Positions 58,044 to 64,000 of a stretch of DNA of 64,000 bases are shown here, in pieces. The stretch's first letter is position 1, and each line of letters starts with the position of its first letter. A program made the translations under genes and the position numbers. The stretch lies in the IMG/VR virus record IMGVR_UViG_3300045919_000631, positions 32,001 through 96,000 of that record, one strand, 5' to 3'. Origin of the DNA: a virus. The notes beneath the pieces were generated by a model. That model saw only the letters and a list, made by a program, of their open reading frames with translations, did no database searches and was not told the DNA's origin.

Positions 58044-58684
58044 ATCACAAAAAATGGTGAGTTCACTTTAAATTTGCCAACTTCTTTTGTACCTTTTTCA
58101 TCGAATTTATATATTAAGCCTTCTTTAATATCTTCAAATCCTTTTCCTTTAACTGACGAGAAGCTATTATTATCATAAAATAATGTGCTCCCTTGACGCG
58201 CTAAAAATATATCAGATGTTTTGCTATTAAAAATCCATAAACCAAATGTACCTTCAAGCAGCTCTAACACTGTTGCAACATTTTTAATAATACTTCCGCG
58301 GTGTTTTTGAAAGTGATTTAATAGTGCCGGAATAATGCTGCTGTCAACCACACCTTCATGCTCTGGTAAGTATTTCTTTTTGAGTGTTTCAAAATTTGTT
58401 AGAACACCATTGTGTGCTACAACCCAGTCACCGGCTTCAAAAGGATGTGAGTTATGTTCTCTATATACTCTTTCACTTGAAGTAGGTGCTTGATTATGAC
58501 CTAAGTAAATAAATCCGTCTGGAAGATTTCGTTCATTCCAATCAAAATTGCCCGAGGTCTTATGATAATCATAAGATTCACCATTTGAATATAAAATTCC
58601 TGAGGCGTAATTACCTCTACTTTGATTTACTTTATCAAGTATTTCAAACTTGGCTACATGAAAGCTTCCCCATATTCCGCACAT
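58040..58684 (-). CDS. class II (Ntn) glutamine amidotransferase, stand-alone
   Basis: MCGI N-terminal Cys, SRG..ASG, LGHNQAPT, HPF, VAHNGVLTNF, VDS. Confidence 0.88.
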   Translation of the reverse strand: MCGIWGSFHVAKFEILDKVNQSRGNYASGILYSNGESYDYHKTSGNFDWNERNLPDGFIYLGHNQAPTSSERVYREHNSHPFEAGDWVVAHNGVLTNFETLKKKYLPEHEGVVDSSIIPALLNHFQKHRGSIIKNVATVLELLEGTFGLWIFNSKTSDIFLARQGSTLFYDNNSFSSVKGKGFEDIKEGLIYKFDEKGTKEVGKFKVNSPFFVI

Positions 58685-58717
58685 TCCATATTATAAATGG
58701 TTTCCTGGAAAATCAAG

Positions 58718-59125
58718 TTAAGGAGCGATATAAGTCACTGTCAATCCATTATAAGCAATAACTGTTGAAACAGCAATATTTGCTGTAGTTAAACTGTTAG
58801 CATTAGCGTATATATTGCATGTTGTACCTGATGTTAGCCAAAAAGTAACAAAATTAGCAGCTGCTGTACCGTTCCAAACTTGGACAGATGAAGGTATAAA
58901 AGTTGGGTTACCTGCAGATAGTGTTATTGCTCTTGTATTACCAGAACCACCACCAACACTATATGTCAAAATTGCAGTCTTAAAAAAAGATTGTGTCGCT
59001 GAAAGGCCATCATCATAGCCAAAAACAGCAGATAACTGCGGAAAATTTGTGTCTGCGCTAAGAGAGACAAATTTCATGTACTCGACTGTGGCTATATTAT
59101 CGCGGACGTTGTTAATTACTGGCAT
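58718..59125 (-). CDS. small late virion-like protein
   Basis: S/T/A-rich, four LSA motifs; TAAATA (-) 59133-59138. Confidence 0.65.
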   Translation of the reverse strand: MPVINNVRDNIATVEYMKFVSLSADTNFPQLSAVFGYDDGLSATQSFFKTAILTYSVGGGSGNTRAITLSAGNPTFIPSSVQVWNGTAAANFVTFWLTSGTTCNIYANANSLTTANIAVSTVIAYNGLTVTYIAP

Positions 59126-59191
59126 ACTAAATTATTTAGTCTACGACTGTGCAATATTAAAATATTGCGTAACCATTAAATAAATAATCAT

Positions 59192-60328
59192 ATGAATAAT
59201 TTCTATAGTTGCAGCTGGGTTCAAAATACCAAAAACTTACCTAACTCTGCTGAAATGCTAGAAGAAAGCATTGCATCTGTATTAAAAGATACAATGAAGA
59301 AAATTCAGGCAGCTAAATCAGGTGTTCCATACCGTGATGCACGACTATTCTTTTATCAATTTTTACAAGATAAGTATAACGAAAAAATTCCTCAAGAATA
59401 TAAAGACTTAGGACGCAAATTAGCAGGTAAAGAAGTGAACGCTCTTATGGGGGCTATGATGCTTGATGAAACATTGCCAAAGAATTTTATTGAAAAGATT
59501 GGCGACGAATTTAAAAAATATTCCGATGAAGAAGTGCCCGGCACGGATTATGATAGATTAAAAGCTTTTCTTAATAAAGAGGTTGGTGGGCGTGAATATC
59601 GAGGCGTTGCTCCTGGAGGTGAAAAACGCATGATGAAAGTTAATAATGAATTTGTACCTTATAAATCACCTGATGAAATTAAGTCTGCAATTACCCACAC
59701 CTATGCAGAAAAAGATCTCAAAAAGGGATCGACGGGATATGAAACTTTAACACTCAATCTTGACCCAACGACGAAGTTTTCTTTTGAATCGGAGTCGCCT
59801 ATGGGTACTCCAATTTATGTTGCATCAAAAAATGGTCTCAAGTTTAGAGTTACTCTAAAAGATGACCACGGTAAAGATATTGAACTCAAAAATATTGGAC
59901 CTGATGCAATTTCAAGTGTTGTCGTAACAAAACCAACAGAAAGTGAGACAGTTACTCTTCCAACACCAAATGAATATGACGCTGAAGCACCAAAAATTGG
60001 TCGCGAAAAGTCTGTTGCTGATTTTCCAAATGGAGAACATGAAGATTGGAGCAAAGGTCCATTAGATCCTGAAGATTCTGCATATGGTCGTGAAGAAGAC
60101 GCATCAGAATTTGCTAATAAAACAGATATGACAACCACTCAACACACTATGAGCGCAAGCCCAATGAACATTCAATCACTTCCTCATATTGAGATAGTAT
60201 CTATTAAACCTCATAGAGAGTCTGTAAGACTCTCTCCTCAAGCAGTAAACAAACTAATGCGTGAGCAAATTCGTGCTAAGCAGCAGCACGTTTATGGCAC
60301 AGAGCGTAAATACGGTCCAGGTCGCTAA
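59192..60328 (+). CDS. hypothetical late protein (possible head-internal)
   Basis: 378 aa, charged; TAAATA 59181-59186; MLEE near N-terminus. Confidence 0.7.
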   Translation: MNNFYSCSWVQNTKNLPNSAEMLEESIASVLKDTMKKIQAAKSGVPYRDARLFFYQFLQDKYNEKIPQEYKDLGRKLAGKEVNALMGAMMLDETLPKNFIEKIGDEFKKYSDEEVPGTDYDRLKAFLNKEVGGREYRGVAPGGEKRMMKVNNEFVPYKSPDEIKSAITHTYAEKDLKKGSTGYETLTLNLDPTTKFSFESESPMGTPIYVASKNGLKFRVTLKDDHGKDIELKNIGPDAISSVVVTKPTESETVTLPTPNEYDAEAPKIGREKSVADFPNGEHEDWSKGPLDPEDSAYGREEDASEFANKTDMTTTQHTMSASPMNIQSLPHIEIVSIKPHRESVRLSPQAVNKLMREQIRAKQQHVYGTERKYGPGR

Positions 60329-61107
60329 GGTGCAATTTCTTTGCACTTATTTTTCTTATAGACCTTATCTATCTCTTTTTGTTGCAAATACTTGATCGGA
60401 TCTTTGTATTTTGCATCAATAAAGCCTTTTAATCGTAGAGCACTCGATGGCGTCTCAGCATCTGCTAGTCCATCATCTCTTTGTGAATAGCAAGTCCATG
60501 TATTTGCAAAGTTCACTCCCATTTCAACACCAATCTTAACAATATCTGCTTTACTTTTGTCTAGAAGAGGAGCTTCAATTGAAATCTTATGTTGCCTATT
60601 AAGACCAACAACAACATTCATTGAATTTACAAAGTTTGTATCTCCATCCCAGTAGCCAGCCAACGAGTCTGCTTGAGCAGCACCGTACCAAACTTTATCA
60701 ATTCCATTTGCTTCAGCATATGAACATGCAATTGATAAAAACATCATATTTCTATATGGAACATATGACTTTGGCTGTGCTTCACCGGCTATATCTTTAA
60801 TATTTGGTGTTGCAATATCGTTATTTGTCAGTGACGACACAGGTGCTATGTCCTTAATGTAAGAAACATCAATAACTTTGCGGTATGTCATCACATTTGA
60901 ATATAATCCTCGTAGCTCTTCTAGTTGCTGTTTTACACATTCAAGTTCTCTTTTGTGGCGCTGACCATAATCAAAAGAAAGGGTATAAATTTCTTTATAC
61001 CCATTGCGAATTGCTAAGTGTAGCAATACTGAAGAATCCATTCCTCCACTAAATGCTAATACCAATTTCTTAGACATTCCCAATTTTACAATAGTTCCTA
61101 TACTCAT
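60325..61107 (-). CDS. queC: QueC-like PP-loop ATPase (7-cyano-7-deazaguanine synthase family), degenerate Zn site
   Basis: AFSGGMDS, FDYGQRHKRE, YVPYRNMMFLS, APLL..SKADIV..G, TWTCY; alternative start ATG 61077. Confidence 0.88.
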   Translation of the reverse strand: MSIGTIVKLGMSKKLVLAFSGGMDSSVLLHLAIRNGYKEIYTLSFDYGQRHKRELECVKQQLEELRGLYSNVMTYRKVIDVSYIKDIAPVSSLTNNDIATPNIKDIAGEAQPKSYVPYRNMMFLSIACSYAEANGIDKVWYGAAQADSLAGYWDGDTNFVNSMNVVVGLNRQHKISIEAPLLDKSKADIVKIGVEMGVNFANTWTCYSQRDDGLADAETPSSALRLKGFIDAKYKDPIKYLQQKEIDKVYKKNKCKEIAP

Positions 61108-62213
61108 ACTGCATCATCTTCAACCTCATCTGGAACTTCAGCTGCACCTCCTGTAGATGCCATTCCATATTTCCACTCTGTCTTAATGCGTTCCTCAATT
61201 CCTGGTACAATAAAATTGTCCCAAAGCTCAATATCATTTTTCCAGCGACCATATTGACCAATTTTATCTCCATTTGGCTTTGTGTATGTGCTTCCGCTTT
61301 GGTTGATGACACCAAGCCCAACTGCTAAATCAAGTAAACCATAGTATTTAGCAAGACCACTTTCAAAGCTTAGATACATCTCTCCTTCAAGATATTGTTT
61401 TGCAAAACGGTTCTTTGCTGTTAATGCTCTAAGAATTACTCCAGGATAGCTTTTTTGCCCCACAGCTAATTTTGATTCAATATGCTTATCTTCTTTCATT
61501 GGCTTGCGAGCCAATTGAACTGTTACTGACGGAAGATAGACTGCAGCACGACCGCCTGGCATTTCTTTTACAAGAGAAGGAAACATTGCAGATGGATCAT
61601 CAAAGATATGATTTGTTGCAAGAATCGTTGTCTTGGTTACAGCAGCTAATTGCGTTGCTGTTCTCAGTAATGATTTAACTGCCTTTGCTCTACTTCCCAT
61701 ATCAGCAGAAACATTACTCTTTTCCATTCTGTTGATTTGAATCTCGCTTTCCATATTACCAAGCGAATCAATTGCTACTACAAACTTATCAGTAATACCT
61801 TTTTCTTGAGCTTTCTTCAAGAAAGACCAAAGAGTGTTTCTACATTCTTCAAGGCTAAATGATGGAACATATTTAACCAGACTTGAATCTAAACCTAGAG
61901 CCTCTGCTCCTTGAGCATCAATTGCGTTTTCACTATCAAAAACGACAATCGTTTTACCTGCTTTCTGTGCATTAGCAAGAATTTTTTGAATGATATATGA
62001 CTTACCGGTCATAGATGGGCCTGCAAATAAAGTTAATCTATTTTTTGGAATCCCGCCAAAAAGAGAACCGGAAATAATGCCGTTAAGCACCATTGATCCG
62101 GTGTCCCACCAACCCTCTACATTTGAAAGTGCTCCATTTTTCAGAAATGAAGCATATGGATTTAACTTATCAATTTCACCTAAAATTTCATCGAGATCAG
62201 CGTCTTTGGCCAT
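61104..62213 (-). CDS. uvsX: RecA-like recombinase (T4 UvsX)
   Basis: DTGSMVLNGIISGS, AGPSMTGKS, FDSENA, IDSLGN, ADMG.RAK, TNH, KNRF. Confidence 0.93.
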   Translation of the reverse strand: MAKDADLDEILGEIDKLNPYASFLKNGALSNVEGWWDTGSMVLNGIISGSLFGGIPKNRLTLFAGPSMTGKSYIIQKILANAQKAGKTIVVFDSENAIDAQGAEALGLDSSLVKYVPSFSLEECRNTLWSFLKKAQEKGITDKFVVAIDSLGNMESEIQINRMEKSNVSADMGSRAKAVKSLLRTATQLAAVTKTTILATNHIFDDPSAMFPSLVKEMPGGRAAVYLPSVTVQLARKPMKEDKHIESKLAVGQKSYPGVILRALTAKNRFAKQYLEGEMYLSFESGLAKYYGLLDLAVGLGVINQSGSTYTKPNGDKIGQYGRWKNDIELWDNFIVPGIEERIKTEWKYGMASTGGAAEVPDEVEDDAV

Positions 62214-62235
62214 CCCGAATTATAATATGAAACTT

Positions 62236-62487
62236 TTAAGATTCCATTATTTTTCTTGACTCTTGCAAGATTTCTTGAGCGCGCTTTTGACGTGGTCCTG
62301 CAGTATTGTTTGTCTCAATAATAAAGTCCCGCCATGATAGAAATACACGACGAATCTTTTCGAGTTCTTTGTTAGCAACTGTTTTGTCGCCCTTATCGGT
62401 GCCATCAACAATGCGTAACATTACTAATGCTGTTCCAACTAAGCCATCTTTTTGACCTTGAATAAAGTCTGGTGAATTTTGTGCCAT
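62236..62487 (-). CDS. hypothetical protein
   Basis: 83-aa ORF. Confidence 0.65.
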   Translation of the reverse strand: MAQNSPDFIQGQKDGLVGTALVMLRIVDGTDKGDKTVANKELEKIRRVFLSWRDFIIETNNTAGPRQKRAQEILQESRKIMES

Positions 62488-62518
62488 ATTAATATATAAT
62501 GCTCAACTAACTCAAATC

Positions 62519-62547
62519 AATAAAAAACCCTCAGTATTGAGGGTTTT
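62519..62547 (-). terminator. intrinsic terminator (possibly bidirectional)
   Basis: aaaaccctca-gtat-tgagggtttt hairpin; T6 run on minus strand, just after stop of 62552..62800. Confidence 0.8.
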
Positions 62548-62551
62548 AGAT

Positions 62552-62800
62552 TTAAGCTAAATTAAGCTGTTTTGTTAGAGCGTCTAGAAGAGACTCATTA
62601 GTCCACTGTGGATTATCGTAATTTGCATCACTCAAATCATTTACTTTAATACGTCCTAAATCGCTACAATAAACATAGACCGTTTTTTCAGCTACGTTAT
62701 CTTGAACGCTTTGGATAGTAATTGTCGAAACTTGCTTTACTTCAGCTGCACGAACAACAATTGACTTACTTGAACTTAGAGTGGCGATAAGAGTGCTCAT
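62552..62800 (-). CDS. small late protein, monocistronic
   Basis: TAAATA (-) 62807-62812 and its own terminator. Confidence 0.7.
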   Translation of the reverse strand: MSTLIATLSSSKSIVVRAAEVKQVSTITIQSVQDNVAEKTVYVYCSDLGRIKVNDLSDANYDNPQWTNESLLDALTKQLNLA

Positions 62801-62816
62801 ATAATTTATTTATTAT

Positions 62817-63188
62817 TTATTCATTGAATAACTTTACAACTTCAGGTGCTACCTCAGCTTTAGCATCAGCAAAATTGAAAGACTGATTTACTACTCTGTC
62901 ATATTGGCTAATAATCTTTGGATCAATATTAAAACCTTTCCCTAAAGCAATTGCAGATTTGCAATATTCATATGCAAAGTTTCTCTTAGTGGTTGGAGTC
63001 GATTCAATAAATTCACCGAGAAATAGAGGAACAAGCTGCACTGTTAGTTGATTATTTTGCTGGGTATGAACAATAATCATTGTTGGGTTCTGAACTGTAA
63101 TTGTGGTTGGAGTAGCTGCTGATACAACTTCTTCACCGATAATATTGCGGCCGTTTTGATCAATAAAAGTAACGTAATTTTTAGACAT
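62817..63188 (-). CDS. hypothetical protein, possible Sm-like fold
   Basis: GRNIIGE..ITVQNP..LVPLF pattern. Confidence 0.6.
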   Translation of the reverse strand: MSKNYVTFIDQNGRNIIGEEVVSAATPTTITVQNPTMIIVHTQQNNQLTVQLVPLFLGEFIESTPTTKRNFAYEYCKSAIALGKGFNIDPKIISQYDRVVNQSFNFADAKAEVAPEVVKLFNE

Positions 63189-63217
63189 ATCTTATATTAA
63201 GATAAAACGATATAAAA

Positions 63218-64000
63218 TCAAGATAATAAATTGAATAGATTTGTCTGCGTTAATGTTCCAGGTTGCTGAGCTTGCCAATTTACATTTTCGTAAAAACGTT
63301 CAACAATTGAGAACACGTGGCTATTAAACATTCTATCGAAATCGATGCTTAATTTTGATTTAAACTCTTCTGGAAACGTATACTTGTAGCCAATTGCATT
63401 AATATTAAATGGATTTGGCCTCATTACATAGAAGTATCTAACTTTATCACCTGATGCAATTTTTTCGTATTTGTTATCAAGCTTGAATCTTTCAAGTAAA
63501 GTATTGTAATAATATGCTGCTTTTGCATGGACTGTCATTCCTTTAGCAGTATCGAATTCATCGCATTGATCTTCTTTTTCCTCAAACCCGTTTAACCCTG
63601 ATACTAGCGAAATAGTCTCAATTGGAAGACTTTTAAATATTTCATACGTTTCATTCAACACTTTACTTGTCTCAACAATGTTTTGTGTTGTAAGCATCGT
63701 TTCTATAATTTTTTTGACATATGGCCTAACCGCAACAGGCATAGTACTTCTCACAACCTCAACACCTGTATATTTAAATTTGTTGCAGGGTATTCCTTCA
63801 TCATCTAATACATGAAGAACATATCTTTTCTTGCCAACAAAAAGACCCGTATCAGCTATAACTTCTCTTTTAAAAACGAATCGACAATCTTTAGATCGAA
63901 ATTCTTTGACACCCCATATCTTAATATTTTTATTGAGATAGTCTTCAATTTCCTGAACAAGTTTTAACGTCTCTTGAGATAGCTTTTCTTCATTTTTAAA
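63218..64000 (-). CDS. family B DNA polymerase C-terminus (T4 gp43-like; partial)
   Basis: frame open to right edge: FVFKREVIADTGLFVGKKRYVLHVLDDEG..YTGVEVVRST, SGDKV; ends QTNLFNLLS (clamp-binding-like). Confidence 0.93.
   Translation of the reverse strand, partial: FKNEEKLSQETLKLVQEIEDYLNKNIKIWGVKEFRSKDCRFVFKREVIADTGLFVGKKRYVLHVLDDEGIPCNKFKYTGVEVVRSTMPVAVRPYVKKIIETMLTTQNIVETSKVLNETYEIFKSLPIETISLVSGLNGFEEKEDQCDEFDTAKGMTVHAKAAYYYNTLLERFKLDNKYEKIASGDKVRYFYVMRPNPFNINAIGYKYTFPEEFKSKLSIDFDRMFNSHVFSIVERFYENVNWQAQQPGTLTQTNLFNLLS

Noticed and set aside
1-64000. Stop-codon reassignment
   Set aside because: Core genes are full-length and tightly packed in the standard code
1-64000. tRNA, structured ncRNA, introns or inteins
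   Set aside because: Intergenic gaps are all under about 75 bp and hold promoters or terminators; terminase, helicase and UvsX have normal lengths

Overview
A 64 kb, AT-rich, densely coding segment of a large T4-like (Tevenvirinae-related, strongly diverged) myophage genome, read in the standard code. It carries a tail-fibre/baseplate-appendage region (1.5-26 kb), a contractile tail module (gp6, gp25, gp27-like, gp53, gp48-like, tape measure, gp26-like x2, gp54/gp19, gp18, gp3), terminase gp17, neck gp14 and putative head-internal proteins. A T4-type replisome is also present (gp44, gp61, gp45, gp32, gp59-like, gp41, UvsX, partial gp43), plus dUTPase and a RadA-like ATPase. I saw no tRNA, CRISPR array, intron or integrase. 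Most notable observations: (1) a candidate novel modification cluster beside the helicase: GT-A glycosyltransferase, dATP/dGTP diphosphohydrolase, GNAT, class II amidotransferase and a QueC that has lost three of its four Zn cysteines; (2) a [LIV]-[ST]-[AG] tripeptide pervasive in virion proteins but rare in replication proteins, alongside two phage glycosyltransferases and a Pro/Thr linker, suggesting virion-wide glycosylation; (3) two unrelated genes sharing a 57-bp 5' leader that resembles a T4 capsid-targeting sequence and flanks gp14; (4) TAAATA late boxes and 16-bp-spacer sigma70-like promoters only 5-12 nt upstream of start codons, implying near-leaderless mRNAs, including perfectly palindromic bidirectional promoters and a nested in-frame gene. 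All product calls come from motif recognition by eye, not database searches.
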